Made by a program: the position numbers and the translations under genes. The notes beneath the pieces are model-generated. The model was not told the DNA's origin. It saw only the letters and a program-made list of their open reading frames with translations, and made no database searches. Source: a virus. Taken from it: 64,000 nt of DNA. The stretch spans positions 37,704-101,703 of the IMG/VR virus record IMGVR_UViG_3300032285_003393; one strand, written 5' to 3'. Of this stretch, positions 10,101-19,806 are shown one piece after another. How positions within the stretch are numbered: the stretch's first letter is position 1; every line of letters starts with the position of its first letter.

Positions 10101-10451
10101 TTCTGTCCATGCAATTTCAGATAACTTCTGAAGATTCTTTAAACCCTCATTATCCTTAGCAAGTAAAATAATGTGATTAAATACCTGAGTATTATCATCA
10201 CGACTTTTAATATCACGCTTATCAAAACGATCTGTAGCCGATATATAGGCTTCTAGACCGAGTATTGGCTTCATCCCCAGCTTTTTAGCTGCAATCTGCA
10301 TATCTCTATGAGATGACAGTGTTCCATGATCTGTAATAGCTAACGCCGTTTGCCCTGCATTTTTTGCAGCAGTCAATAACTCTTCAGGGGAACACAAGCC
10401 ATCCATTAATGAATAGTGCGAGTGCACATGTAGATGTGTGAAATTCACCAA
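7182..10451 (-). CDS. dnaE: DNA polymerase III alpha subunit (family C)
   Basis: PHP domain HLHVHSHYS/TDHG, GPGRGSAAGSLV, PDIDTDF, KFDVLGL, YSFNRSHA; no intein visible. Confidence 0.97.
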   Translation of the reverse strand: MVNFTHLHVHSHYSLMDGLCSPEELLTAAKNAGQTALAITDHGTLSSHRDMQIAAKKLGMKPILGLEAYISATDRFDKRDIKSRDDNTQVFNHIILLAKDNEGLKNLQKLSEIAWTEGYYRKPRIDLEVLDEYGDGLIVLSGCMNGLIAKALQNDDIDKAMVYANWFVNRFGDDFYLEVQSHNDKIVNDGLRQISDKLGIKLIATGDCHYATKDQKALEEALLILSTKPNQAEGTDYDSGKKIKNIFDRFNHLYPDRPISFQDINVYIQTYDEIKSDFGKEWPEDIYLNTMEVAEKVGDYDFHENLQLLPKPKKDAHNQLVELCNLSLSEKKLDSEVYKERLEEELKVIKDKDFSSYFLVVSDMVSWAKENEIMVGPGRGSAAGSLVCYLLGITEVDPIEYDLLFFRFINPERNDFPDIDTDFMDRRRGEVKEFLRKKFKNVASISTYQYFKDKGVVRDAARVFNVPLGEVNKALKGVETFEEFESNSNVDWFKQKYPEVIEFASNLRGRIRSVGIHAAGVVVAKDPISTYAPIETRSDNSDDVSGRVPVVAYDMDQAAEIGLIKFDVLGLKTLSVIQDTLKIVKDRHNKNINLNSLSLDDKAVFEDLSNGFTKGVFQAEATPYTNLLIKMGVDKFEDMVASNALVRPGAMNTVGAEYLARKRGEKIVKYVHPIMQPFTERTYGVIIYQEQVMQACVHLGGMSWSEADKVRKIIGKKKDAREFDVFKDKFIEGARQYISKEDAEHLWHDFEAHAGYSFNRSHAVAYSMLSYWTAWLKHYYPLEFVFALLKNEGNKDTRTEYLLEAKRLGIKVLLPHVNESELDFIIQGNSIRFGLSNVKYISENIGKKIINARPFKSYAHLLEVAGTKRSGINSRAVSTLNIIGAATFEDNPRTGEESEKYYEYLSIPKFDTRGITPYIKSQINPLEDFLEEGVFVLCAMVKSIKKGKGWSRVELVDDTGSIGIFHTENTQIETGVMYFFLVGDNRIHKYVTIEDIVNKKDDPFVNYLHNKDLGIPENKSYVVDFTHYKTKANKMMAHIIYCNEQKEMFRVIAFPKTYTLALGKMKPGSFCIPTIGMLDDGTKFIKEIS

Positions 10452-10467
10452 TACTCCGTCTATTTAA

Positions 10468-11139
10468 TTACCACTCAACTGATGATGATGTTGCTGATTC
10501 TGGAGAACTGTCTGAAGTCACTCCAAAATAAAAGTTTTCTTGATCTGTATAAGGAACATCACGAACTGCTGTCTTTTCCAAGTCAAACAATTCATACTTA
10601 TCAAAATCAATTGGCTTTACGTCTGCAGTTGGAAGAGGAATGATTGAATAATTTGTATCAGTCTTTTCCCCAGTACGCTTTAGCTTCCAAATAAGGTTTG
10701 TGATGCTTCCAGTTTCAGTTGCATATGAACTAATTTCAGGGGTAGCAGACTTTGGTCCAGTACCTTGAGAGAAAATTGCAACGTATGGCTCTTCTGCACC
10801 ATCGTCAACAAGTACGTTCATATAAAAACGTGGACGACCTTTCCAACCTGCTTTAGGGTCTTTTCTATGCTGCTCGCAACCAAAGCATGAACCTTGGTCT
10901 TCAATTGTGCATAGTGCCTTACGGCGGTAGTCTTTTGGATTTGTATGTTCAATTGCAATAAATCCTAGTCCTGCGTTTTGATTATAATTTGCAGAGTCTG
11001 GATCAATTTCTTGCAAGAAACGAATTTTAACTGATTGTCCATCTTTTAATGCTAACCATCTTCCCTTTGGACCATCGGAAGATGATGCTGGCTTGTCCAT
11101 TGCCTTATTAATTGCTTGTAGACCTTTTACTATTCCCAT
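10468..11139 (-). CDS. Single-stranded DNA-binding protein (gp32-like)
   Basis: Position between polymerase and primase, KIRFL, Cys cluster, acidic/aromatic C-terminus (SSSVEW). Confidence 0.7.
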   Translation of the reverse strand: MGIVKGLQAINKAMDKPASSSDGPKGRWLALKDGQSVKIRFLQEIDPDSANYNQNAGLGFIAIEHTNPKDYRRKALCTIEDQGSCFGCEQHRKDPKAGWKGRPRFYMNVLVDDGAEEPYVAIFSQGTGPKSATPEISSYATETGSITNLIWKLKRTGEKTDTNYSIIPLPTADVKPIDFDKYELFDLEKTAVRDVPYTDQENFYFGVTSDSSPESATSSSVEW

Positions 11140-11190
11140 ATATATATCTCCTTTGTAATGGGCTATATGATGCCCTGTATACCTATTATA

Positions 11191-12153
11191 TCACCAATTA
11201 ATATATTCAAAATTGGTTACAGCATTTTTAATGCATTGTTTTATTTCTTCCTCTGTGAGATCTCCCACATCTTTTGCATCATTTGGATAGACAATGCCTT
11301 CTGCATATGCTGCCCACATGATATTTTTATTCTTGAGTTTTGAAGAAATTTCTCTACCCAATTTTCTACCTGCTTCATCTGCATCTGTTGCAATTATAAT
11401 TGATGAAGAATACTTGTTTAGATTCATTAGATTTTCTTTAGATAAACTTCCACCCAGGGTTGCAATAACATTTGGATACCCTGCCTGATGAATTCTAATT
11501 GCATCAAAACTAGACTCACATACAATTATTGTTGAGCTTGTTTTCTTTGCTCTGTGCAAATTAAACATTGTCTGGCTTCTAGGGAGGTTTGTACTGTTTT
11601 TAAAACGCTTACCCTCTATAGATCTTCCAACAACTCCCACAGGAATCCCTGTTGGACTATGTACAGGAACAATTACCATATCTTGGTTATCTGAATAACC
11701 TAACTGGAAGTGTGCCATTGATTCCTGAGTTATACCACGAGATTCAAAATACTCTTGTGCTCTTTGAGAACCTACTAGATTGCTATATAAACTATCAAGT
11801 AATTCTTGAGAGAAAGGTTCAAACTCTGGTTTTTCTGCAAGTAGTTCTGCCAAGTCTTCATCAAAAGTATTGTCTGCTTCTTTTTTCATTGTAGCAATTA
11901 AACGTAGGGCTTGGAAATAATTAAGTTCCCCCACCTTTTGAATAAGATCCATTAGACTACCTCTAGCATCGCAAGATGGGTTGTAACAGACATATAAACC
12001 TTTTTCGTATGAGATTGCAAAAGAAGGCGTATAGTGATTATTGTGGAATGGGCATAAGCATAAAAAATCTGTGCTTGTCTCTGATGATATACGCAGACCA
12101 ATAATATTTAAGATTTCTTTTAATTGTTTTTTATTGTAGGTTTCTGTCATCAT
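11191..12153 (-). CDS. dnaG: DNA primase (CHC2 zinc finger plus TOPRIM)
   Basis: CPFH...C..C, VCESSFD, ATDADEAG, KDVGD. Confidence 0.9.
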   Translation of the reverse strand: MMTETYNKKQLKEILNIIGLRISSETSTDFLCLCPFHNNHYTPSFAISYEKGLYVCYNPSCDARGSLMDLIQKVGELNYFQALRLIATMKKEADNTFDEDLAELLAEKPEFEPFSQELLDSLYSNLVGSQRAQEYFESRGITQESMAHFQLGYSDNQDMVIVPVHSPTGIPVGVVGRSIEGKRFKNSTNLPRSQTMFNLHRAKKTSSTIIVCESSFDAIRIHQAGYPNVIATLGGSLSKENLMNLNKYSSSIIIATDADEAGRKLGREISSKLKNKNIMWAAYAEGIVYPNDAKDVGDLTEEEIKQCIKNAVTNFEYINW

Positions 12154-12186
12154 GAGACTATCATATCAGACAAAGATATTACTTGT

Positions 12187-12465
12187 CTACCTCTTATAAA
12201 ATTGTTGTCCAGAAAAGCCTTCAATATCAAGTGCTTTTTTCTTTCCAACGTAAACTCCAAACATTTCTAGGTAAAAGCTATAATTATCTTTTTTTTCATT
12301 ATATGTTAATGAGAACTGTGATTCTAAATCCAGAACTGGGACATAGCCACGATCACGCATTTCTTGCAAAAGCAATTTTTCATGCATTTCTCTGACTCTG
12401 ATTACTGCTGCATCATCTTTAAAAACTCCAGAACGTATGAAGCTTCTAATATTTTTCTTTAACAT
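12187..12465 (-). CDS. Hypothetical protein
   Basis: 92-aa ORF directly after a TATAAT -10 element. Confidence 0.6.
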   Translation of the reverse strand: MLKKNIRSFIRSGVFKDDAAVIRVREMHEKLLLQEMRDRGYVPVLDLESQFSLTYNEKKDNYSFYLEMFGVYVGKKKALDIEGFSGQQFYKR

Positions 12466-12507
12466 AATAAGATAATTATACTAAAGAGTAAGTATATTAC
12501 ATAGATT

Positions 12508-13740
12508 TTATTGCTGTTGTATATCCATTTCGTAGATTTCGTTTACAACACCACGATTTAAATCCCAATCTAAATAAAATGCAAAATCTGTACCATGACG
12601 ATTTTTACGAGATACAATCTCCATAATGTTTGATTGTGGATTCTTATGAACTGCAATAGCCATATCAGCATCGTATTCAATTGCTTTTGACCATGCAACT
12701 TGTGATAGCAATGGTGGAGCATCTTGATCTGAAATATCATCCATAGTTGCAGCGGTGATATCAATTACTGGAATGTTATTACGCATTGCAAGTAATTTGA
12801 AGTCACGAGAAATATTACGGTTACGCTCAACTTCTGACTTTGCACCAGATGAATCATTAAACAACTGATGGTAATCAAGAATAACCAAGTCTGGCTTATA
12901 CTGGTCAATCTTAGCTTGAACAGTATTTGGAGTTACTTGACCTTGGCCTTCATTTGATATAAGAATAAATTGTTGCTTATCAGTAAACTTATTTTCAGCC
13001 CATGAATGGAAATCGTCTGTGCTCACCATACCTCTAGAAAAATCTGAAGCTCTAAATAATCCAGAACCCATCATGGTATAGATACGGTCACGCATATTTT
13101 CAGGTGACATTTCAAGAGAAATGATCATAGGCTTAAAACCCTGTTCCCAAGCCTTACAAGCCAAATAAGAGGAGAACCATGTCTTACCCCTACCTGCCCA
13201 TCCAATCATGACGATAAGGTGTCCTGGAGCCATTCCTGTAGGGTAAGCAAGGTCTAGTGCCTTAAACCCTGTCTTAATTCCTGGACTACCGCCCATGATT
13301 GCAGAACGCTCACGAACCTTTTCAAAATGATCTTCTGCAAGCTTGAAGTCAGTTAAATCAATATCTCTAACTTCACCAGTCATTCTAGACAGGCCGTACA
13401 ATTCTGATTGAATATCTAGAAGGACTCTTTTAGCAGAATTATTCTTTAGACTTACTCCATTACGCATAAGTATATCTTTTAATCTTGAAGTCAAGAATTC
13501 ATTCTTAAGTGTATCTAAGTAATAACCTGTTTCTCCTTGTACGGATTCAGGCTCAAAATCTTTAAACTTTTCTTGTATGACAGAAATATCAGGAACAGCA
13601 CGAAACTTTAGATAATAAGACTTTAGTCCTTCCCACACATCTCTGTGGGAAATAAAAATTTCATCTACATTATCTGTAAGAACTGTTGCAATGTCTTTAT
13701 TCTTACAAACTGCTGAGATTACGGCTGCTTCACTGTTCAT
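12508..13740 (-). CDS. dnaB: Replicative DNA helicase
   Basis: GWAGRGKT, ISLEM, ILDYHQL, IEYDAD, KNRHG. Confidence 0.93.
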   Translation of the reverse strand: MNSEAAVISAVCKNKDIATVLTDNVDEIFISHRDVWEGLKSYYLKFRAVPDISVIQEKFKDFEPESVQGETGYYLDTLKNEFLTSRLKDILMRNGVSLKNNSAKRVLLDIQSELYGLSRMTGEVRDIDLTDFKLAEDHFEKVRERSAIMGGSPGIKTGFKALDLAYPTGMAPGHLIVMIGWAGRGKTWFSSYLACKAWEQGFKPMIISLEMSPENMRDRIYTMMGSGLFRASDFSRGMVSTDDFHSWAENKFTDKQQFILISNEGQGQVTPNTVQAKIDQYKPDLVILDYHQLFNDSSGAKSEVERNRNISRDFKLLAMRNNIPVIDITAATMDDISDQDAPPLLSQVAWSKAIEYDADMAIAVHKNPQSNIMEIVSRKNRHGTDFAFYLDWDLNRGVVNEIYEMDIQQQ

Positions 13741-14062
13741 TAAATTCCTGTTCTACTAGTAACTTTGTATTCTTTCGTAGTGTTTCTCTATACTTTTGAT
13801 CTTCAATAAGATTGATTAAACTAATATCTAGCTTGTCAAAATTATACAAGAACCAATTTAACGGATGGCCGTATCTACTACATTTGAAATAATATTCAAG
13901 CAATTCTTTTGCACGATTAAATCCTACGGTATCAATAACATCTTGCATAGCCCATTTTTCTCTATAACGATTAATTATAGGAACCTTGTTGTATTTGCTT
14001 TTGTAAAGAGCAACATACAGGGATACTAGAGCGTAGGCCTGTTTTGCATCCTCTTTAGACAT
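13730..14062 (-). CDS. Hypothetical protein (possible helicase loader, by position)
   Basis: 110-aa ORF overlapping the dnaB start. Confidence 0.55.
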   Translation of the reverse strand: MSKEDAKQAYALVSLYVALYKSKYNKVPIINRYREKWAMQDVIDTVGFNRAKELLEYYFKCSRYGHPLNWFLYNFDKLDISLINLIEDQKYRETLRKNTKLLVEQEFNEQ

Positions 14063-14271
14063 TATTTATTCCTTTTTAGTTCCGACTCTATTTCAGTTAC
14101 TTTTTCAACTAATTTCTCTTCAACAAATTTATATACACGATCAGTTGCGGTACTTGTATTTTCTCCGCTTCGGACAAAGTCTTCTACTCCGATACCTATC
14201 TTAATGCTTTCATAATTACCTAAATTACGAGTAAATTGTAATTCTACCTTAACGCTAGTCTGATTCGTCAT
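14062..14271 (-). CDS. Hypothetical protein
   Basis: TRNLGNYESIKI motif seen in small phage proteins; start moved to ATG 14271 (GAGG RBS). Confidence 0.6.
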   Translation of the reverse strand: MTNQTSVKVELQFTRNLGNYESIKIGIGVEDFVRSGENTSTATDRVYKFVEEKLVEKVTEIESELKRNK

Positions 14272-14503
14272 CAACATCCTCACTTGATTTCTTTGGTTCA
14301 ATATCCATTATACCGAATCCCGTTTTAAATTTCTTCACACTCTTATCAGATAAATGTTGATATAACATCATCAATCTGTCTGAGATAGCAATTATAGCAT
14401 CTAGGTCTTCCTTTTGTAAAGCCAATTCCATAGCTTCTTCTAAAACTTTTAAAGCCAAATGTAAGGCATGCTTTGCTTCTTTATTTATTTTATCATTTAC
14501 CAT
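14255..14503 (-). CDS. Hypothetical protein
   Basis: Helical ORF coupled to the upstream stop; start uncertain (14503 or 14518). Confidence 0.5.
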   Translation of the reverse strand: MVNDKINKEAKHALHLALKVLEEAMELALQKEDLDAIIAISDRLMMLYQHLSDKSVKKFKTGFGIMDIEPKKSSEDVDDESD

Positions 14504-15012
14504 TCTGGTGCTTTCCAAACTGGGACAAATTCCCCATCTTTATTTTTTGCGTATAAAACTGTTTCATTTCTAAGCATAGCCTCTAACTCCGCTTTTGAAG
14601 GAATATTGCTTGCAGTGATCTCTCCATCTTTTCTAGGTCTTCCTATATGAATTGTTTTAAAGAATTCCCGCATTTCCTTAATATCCTCATCTGTAAAGTA
14701 ATATCTGCCTAGTCTAGTCTTATCCTCTAGGGCATGTGCCTGTTGTGGTCTTTTAATTTCGCCACTTCTTAAGTGTCTTTTAATTGTATCAGAATGCCTA
14801 TTAAGAAGCTTTGCAGCTTCTGAGATGGAGTAAGCGTGTTGTTTATTTCTTAATACATCAGAATAATTATAAGCAACACGCTTCTCTTCAGCAAAGTTCC
14901 ACGCAATCATAACGTCATCAGGACGGTTAACATGAAGTGCTTTATGCAAATCTCCGTTTAAATAAAAATACAGGATTGTCTGTTTAATATTTTTTCTTTT
15001 TTTTGTAACCAT
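14497..15012 (-). CDS. Helix-turn-helix (MerR/Xis-like) DNA-binding protein
   Basis: YSISEAAKLLNRHSDTIKR...RYYFTDEDI; start moved to ATG 15012. Confidence 0.75.
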   Translation of the reverse strand: MVTKKRKNIKQTILYFYLNGDLHKALHVNRPDDVMIAWNFAEEKRVAYNYSDVLRNKQHAYSISEAAKLLNRHSDTIKRHLRSGEIKRPQQAHALEDKTRLGRYYFTDEDIKEMREFFKTIHIGRPRKDGEITASNIPSKAELEAMLRNETVLYAKNKDGEFVPVWKAPEW

Positions 15013-15143
15013 ACCGTAAATTCGTTTGCGTCTTTCTTTACTATCCACCTTTTGCCACATGCAACGCAAAAGAGATCAAATCTAAGTTTTTGAGATAAAA
15101 CCCGATCTATAAAAACCCTGCCATTGCACTTGCTACAGAACAT
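14958..15143 (-). CDS. Zinc-ribbon protein
   Basis: CSKC...CVACG. Confidence 0.6.
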   Translation of the reverse strand: MFCSKCNGRVFIDRVLSQKLRFDLFCVACGKRWIVKKDANEFTVWLQKKEKILNRQSCIFI

Positions 15144-15148
15144 TTTGC

Positions 15149-15439
15149 CTACTTAGCAGACTTCTTTGTTGTCTTAGTTGCTACACTGTCAATCTTTTTG
15201 GTAACAGTAGATGTAGCCTGCTCTGCGACCCAACCGAAAGCTGGATCCTTCTTATTCACAAATCGTAGAACGACTGGAACAAGTGATGCCCATAATGTGT
15301 TTGCAACAAGTGCCCACTCATGTGTACCAAAGCTAAATAGTCCTACATGTGTTGCACTTGAAACGATTGCTGCTGATACAACAACCTGACCAAGCAAATT
15401 ACGAACATAAGATTCAATCATAGCTTGATTAATCTTCAT
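15149..15439 (-). CDS. Putative holin / small membrane protein
   Basis: Two hydrophobic segments, SYVR, NKKDPAFG and a basic C-terminus. Confidence 0.6.
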   Translation of the reverse strand: MKINQAMIESYVRNLLGQVVVSAAIVSSATHVGLFSFGTHEWALVANTLWASLVPVVLRFVNKKDPAFGWVAEQATSTVTKKIDSVATKTTKKSAK

Positions 15440-15454
15440 ATTATTTTGTCTCCT

Positions 15455-16210
15455 TTAGACACTAAATATCTTACCATCAACCACACAAGTGTAATCTCTA
15501 GTAATTTGTATTAACTGCATATGCGGATAATCATTAACCACATGGGCTATTGCGAACCCCGCCTGCCAGTTTTTTTGTATGCTATAGTCCATTTGATCTT
15601 CATCACAAAGATGACCAATCTCATAACCACGCAATTCCTGACCAGATAAATTGTACGTCTGGTAGTATGCTCCCATTCTATGGGAATGTCCACGAACTAA
15701 GGAAATTCCCCAGTTGTTTACATCGTTACGCACAGATTCTCCAGAGTGTTTAGATATGGACTCGCCATGGTGACCGTACATGTCGCCAAAACGTTTAACT
15801 GGAGGTTCATTGTAATGATGCCAGTTAAAGCCATGCTTTGTATATTCGTAGAGTGTATCTGGTGTAACGAAATCTAAAAATGTGGGAGCCTTTTTTGCAA
15901 GGTAATCCCCGTGTCTTGTCCATCCATGATTACCATCGTGAAAATGGCAATCAGCTTTTGGAACAATTTCTCTAATATCTGATAGGAACTGTCTTGTTCC
16001 AGCAACTCCGCCTTCCATTATAGAGGCAAGTTCATCTGGTGTTCCATCAGCCCAACGTGATGTAGAATCAGCATCATCTATATCGCCAAGCAGATCTACT
16101 GCTTCTGGCTTCCACCACTTCATAACTTTTAAGAAAAGCTCAACTTTTCTAGCATCATGACGTGGAAAGTGAACATCTGAGACCATCATCCATTTGAGGT
16201 CATTTGTCAT
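15455..16210 (-). CDS. Calcineurin-like metallophosphoesterase
   Basis: SDVH, LGD, DGNH, HHG, GHSH motifs. Confidence 0.88.
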   Translation of the reverse strand: MTNDLKWMMVSDVHFPRHDARKVELFLKVMKWWKPEAVDLLGDIDDADSTSRWADGTPDELASIMEGGVAGTRQFLSDIREIVPKADCHFHDGNHGWTRHGDYLAKKAPTFLDFVTPDTLYEYTKHGFNWHHYNEPPVKRFGDMYGHHGESISKHSGESVRNDVNNWGISLVRGHSHRMGAYYQTYNLSGQELRGYEIGHLCDEDQMDYSIQKNWQAGFAIAHVVNDYPHMQLIQITRDYTCVVDGKIFSV

Positions 16211-16273
16211 TTAAAACCCTTCAGTTTTTATTGTTAGATATTATTATGTACTATTATATTTTATAAGTCAATA

Positions 16274-16708
16274 CTACTCGTAGCAAATTGCAGTAATATG
16301 AACATATGCAGAGATTCCACCTTGTGGAATTGTGCTTGTTGTAATTGTATGAACATCAAAGCTCATAGCAAAAGATGTAGTATCAATACTTGTTAATATT
16401 GGAATCATTGGTCCAGGAGCACTTGAGCATTCTACAATAGCACTAACAACTGGTTTATTTTTAAATGAATTTGGTGGAACTACAAGATCCAGCGTCTCTT
16501 TTGCACCATTAATTGTAATTGGGACTGTTGTTTGAAAAACAGACATTGACTGGATAGTTCCAGTTCTTAAAAATGGAAATACAGACGCAGAAGCATATTC
16601 TCTACCCTTATAATAATATTGCCCAGTATTCAAATACTGCTCAACTGTTGCAACCTTTGACTGGATAGAACTTATTGTTGTTGCATCTATAACTACGTTA
16701 CTTGCCAT
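16274..16708 (-). CDS. Hypothetical protein, probably tail-associated
   Basis: Beta-rich 144-aa ORF at end of tail module; AAGGAG RBS. Confidence 0.55.
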   Translation of the reverse strand: MASNVVIDATTISSIQSKVATVEQYLNTGQYYYKGREYASASVFPFLRTGTIQSMSVFQTTVPITINGAKETLDLVVPPNSFKNKPVVSAIVECSSAPGPMIPILTSIDTTSFAMSFDVHTITTSTIPQGGISAYVHITAICYE

Positions 16709-16733
16709 TTTTCTCCTTTTTGTATATTATACA

Positions 16734-16925
16734 CTATGTTAAATTAGGGACTACAAATATATACCCTACAGACCAATCTGAGACAGCATTATTGTCCGCC
16801 CCGACAGCCTGTACCTGAACTACATAAGAAACTCCAGGTTTTAAATTTTGTAATGTTACAGCAGATGACGGGATTATTTTTCCGCTAGCGTCTACTCTGT
16901 TTTGTCCAGGAACTGAAAGTACCAT
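16734..16925 (-). CDS. Small fibronectin type III-like protein
   Basis: LQNLKPGVSYVVQVQAV...SDWS FN3 signature. Confidence 0.6.
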   Translation of the reverse strand: MVLSVPGQNRVDASGKIIPSSAVTLQNLKPGVSYVVQVQAVGADNNAVSDWSVGYIFVVPNLT

Positions 16926-18907
16926 TATGTCACCTGCAGATGATATTCAATGTCCATCTGCTGACCAGTATTTTTTATAATTGGATTAGTAAACAAAGAT
17001 CTACTTGTAAGTTGATATTCTGGAGGCATAATAACAGTAGTAGAAGAAACAGCTTGGGCTGGAGCTGTTAATGTTGCAGAACCTGTAGTTGAATTAGAAA
17101 CTACAAATGTATTTCTAGCTGTTATTGAATAAATGCTGAATGTTCCACTGTATCCTGTTCCAGTTCCGCCAGATACTCCTGAGATAGCAACATTATTTCC
17201 AGCAGCAAAGTTGTGAGATCCTGCAGTTGTATATGTTACAAAACCTGCTGATGGAGTTGATGGAGATACAGATGTTATAGAAAGAGTTCCTGCATAAGGA
17301 TGTCCAGTCCAATAATCATTTGTTATTATTTTTAATGAATCTAAATAAATATACGATGGGCCACCAGTTAAAAGATTTATACTCATCTGATTAATTGTTA
17401 TTCCATTAATTGGATAATTAGATGGCAGCGGGATTCTTGCAACATTTAAACCAATATTGGTTACTATTCCAGTTGCACTGCATACGAATGGAGAAGAAGA
17501 GTTGTTATTATCTGATAAGTTAATAGTTATAGAAGTGCTGTTAGAAGCAGTTGGAGAATAATATAGTAGCAATAAACTATCTGAAGATGAAAATTGTGTA
17601 GCATCAACAACAATATTATTTAATGTTACCGTATCTGTTGAATTTAATTTAATGTTGAATGCTCCATACGAACTTGGTTGAATAATAGATGTTGAATTTA
17701 ATGATAATGTACCAGCGTATCCATATTGAGTTGATCCAGTTGTATTTGATGTACCCATTGTAACAACAACCTGATAGTTACCATTTACCTGATAAACAAC
17801 ACCTGAACCTGAAGGAGCTAAGGTGCTTCCTGTTGCTGCAACTGTACTATCTATATAAACGTTACTTCCAACTTTTAATCCCGCCGTATTACCAACATTG
17901 AATACAACATTTGTTGTTCCTGTATACCATGTATATCCTGATTGTTGAGATAGAGAAGATCCATTAATCTGGGTTTGACCAACTACTGGAACTTGGGACG
18001 ATGTTGCTGTACTTGTCCATTGGCTCAAAGATGAATCTGTATTTGATTTTTCTGAGAACCCCGTAATATTTTTTATAGCAGCATTATTTGCTTGCTTTAA
18101 GTTAATTGGCAAAGCTCCTACTTCATATATTCTTGCAGAAAGATTTGGGTCTAGTGATGCTTTTAAAACTATTTCATTATTATAAATTGCATTACCCAGT
18201 TCGTCTGAGACTACAGAAAGAATTGCACTGTTTCCGCTAATTGATGTCAATGAAACATCTGTTGAAGTTTTAGAATATACAGCTTGATAAGCATATTTTT
18301 GAACAGCGGTTCCGCCTGAAACATAAGATCCCGTAGCTGAATTAACAACTGTAAATTGAGTTGTAGAAGCACTAGCTATAGTTCCAGTAATATTATACTG
18401 AGTTGGATTTACTCCAGATACAATCACAGTCTCGCCTGCTACAAATGAATTATCTGCAGTAAACGTTACTGTTCCAGCAGTTTCTGAAATATTAGTAATA
18501 TTTGCTTGTAGTGCAGAGTATGATGTTAGATTGTAAGTTCCATTAAATGTTGAATCAACACCAGTGACTTGCACCTTATAGCTATTATTAAGAATAGGAG
18601 TTGTTATTGATTTAAATGACAAATATGCAATATTTGAAGATATCTTTTTATTTAACAAAGTATATCTAGGGCTCATCTTTACATATGATTTTAATGTAAT
18701 TGGCATTCTATCAATTTCATAATACAGCTCTTTATCTGAAATAGATGGGGCAACTGCCATTGCACCAATTGCAATAGATCCCGCCCAGTCAATGCTTGAC
18801 TTAACAAGATGTCTATTAATCAAATAGAAACCATTAGTTGTTATTAGGTTATCCCTTTCAGCAACTATCTCGCCATCTACCTTTATTACATATCTACCTT
18901 TTATCAT
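16925..18907 (-). CDS. Minor tail protein with repeated beta domains
   Basis: N-terminal NLITTNG...IAIG...LYYEIDR and C-terminal IKNTGQQMDIEY, interrupted by Ser/Thr-rich inserted domains. Confidence 0.7.
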   Translation of the reverse strand: MIKGRYVIKVDGEIVAERDNLITTNGFYLINRHLVKSSIDWAGSIAIGAMAVAPSISDKELYYEIDRMPITLKSYVKMSPRYTLLNKKISSNIAYLSFKSITTPILNNSYKVQVTGVDSTFNGTYNLTSYSALQANITNISETAGTVTFTADNSFVAGETVIVSGVNPTQYNITGTIASASTTQFTVVNSATGSYVSGGTAVQKYAYQAVYSKTSTDVSLTSISGNSAILSVVSDELGNAIYNNEIVLKASLDPNLSARIYEVGALPINLKQANNAAIKNITGFSEKSNTDSSLSQWTSTATSSQVPVVGQTQINGSSLSQQSGYTWYTGTTNVVFNVGNTAGLKVGSNVYIDSTVAATGSTLAPSGSGVVYQVNGNYQVVVTMGTSNTTGSTQYGYAGTLSLNSTSIIQPSSYGAFNIKLNSTDTVTLNNIVVDATQFSSSDSLLLLYYSPTASNSTSITINLSDNNNSSSPFVCSATGIVTNIGLNVARIPLPSNYPINGITINQMSINLLTGGPSYIYLDSLKIITNDYWTGHPYAGTLSITSVSPSTPSAGFVTYTTAGSHNFAAGNNVAISGVSGGTGTGYSGTFSIYSITARNTFVVSNSTTGSATLTAPAQAVSSTTVIMPPEYQLTSRSLFTNPIIKNTGQQMDIEYHLQVT

Positions 18908-19773
18908 ATTGTCGCACTTATCCTATAGTTATATTTTATTGCACCATCAACAGAATCAAACTTTAAATCTGCTGAATAAACTGTTGATGAAAAATCAGTT
19001 GTTGACGTAGATGTTCCTATGTGTACACTTTCTGTAATAACAGATGGGTTAAAAGAATTTGGATCTATATATAGATTTTCTGGCGTATCAAGGGCATACA
19101 CTGGAGCTGGAATTGCTGATGGAGGCTGTGGTGTATCTTGAGTATTAGTAATGATTGAACTATTTTCTTGAATTGATGCTGCTCCACCATTCCCAGCCAT
19201 CAGATATGAACTTCCAGTATTTGTATCTATTACTGATGACCCACCCATGTTTGATGATACTAGTATATCACCTAAAGAATTATTTGAATTTAATAATGCG
19301 GAACCCCACGGACCTGGGCCATAACCCACATCCCAATAAAGCTTCCATCCAGTTTGTGGATAGTACCTATAATGTTGATGAGGCCCAGGGGCTGTGGTTG
19401 GTTGTGGAGGAATCTGAGATATTCTCCAAGCCTGAAAATCTTGACTTGTTGGAACACGACCATATTTTGCTTTAAAAGCTGCACTATTGTGTGGGTCATC
19501 TGGATTTACAGTACCAACATCTAATACACTGGTAGGGGCTGATACTGGCTGTGTATAACTTGAAACGTTAGTACTACTTGAAGAGGTAGTTTGAGTAGAT
19601 GAAGATGTTCCACCATTTGATCCAGATGCTGCTAAAATACCAGATAGGGTTGTTGTATCAACAGTAGTCCCAGATAACTGAGCTGTTAAGTTTGGATCTG
19701 AAAAAGCAGATACAGGATTATATGGTGTAGGAGTTCCGCCACCATCAACTAACATTGTTCCTGGAAGATACAT
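18904..19773 (-). CDS. Hypothetical protein in tail module (Ser/Thr/Pro-rich)
   Basis: 289-aa ORF, GGAGGGAG RBS, FN3-like C-terminal end. Confidence 0.55.
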   Translation of the reverse strand: MYLPGTMLVDGGGTPTPYNPVSAFSDPNLTAQLSGTTVDTTTLSGILAASGSNGGTSSSTQTTSSSSTNVSSYTQPVSAPTSVLDVGTVNPDDPHNSAAFKAKYGRVPTSQDFQAWRISQIPPQPTTAPGPHQHYRYYPQTGWKLYWDVGYGPGPWGSALLNSNNSLGDILVSSNMGGSSVIDTNTGSSYLMAGNGGAASIQENSSIITNTQDTPQPPSAIPAPVYALDTPENLYIDPNSFNPSVITESVHIGTSTSTTDFSSTVYSADLKFDSVDGAIKYNYRISATI

Positions 19774-19806
19774 TAGACTCCCTCCTTCATCTTACTATTA
19801 TACCAT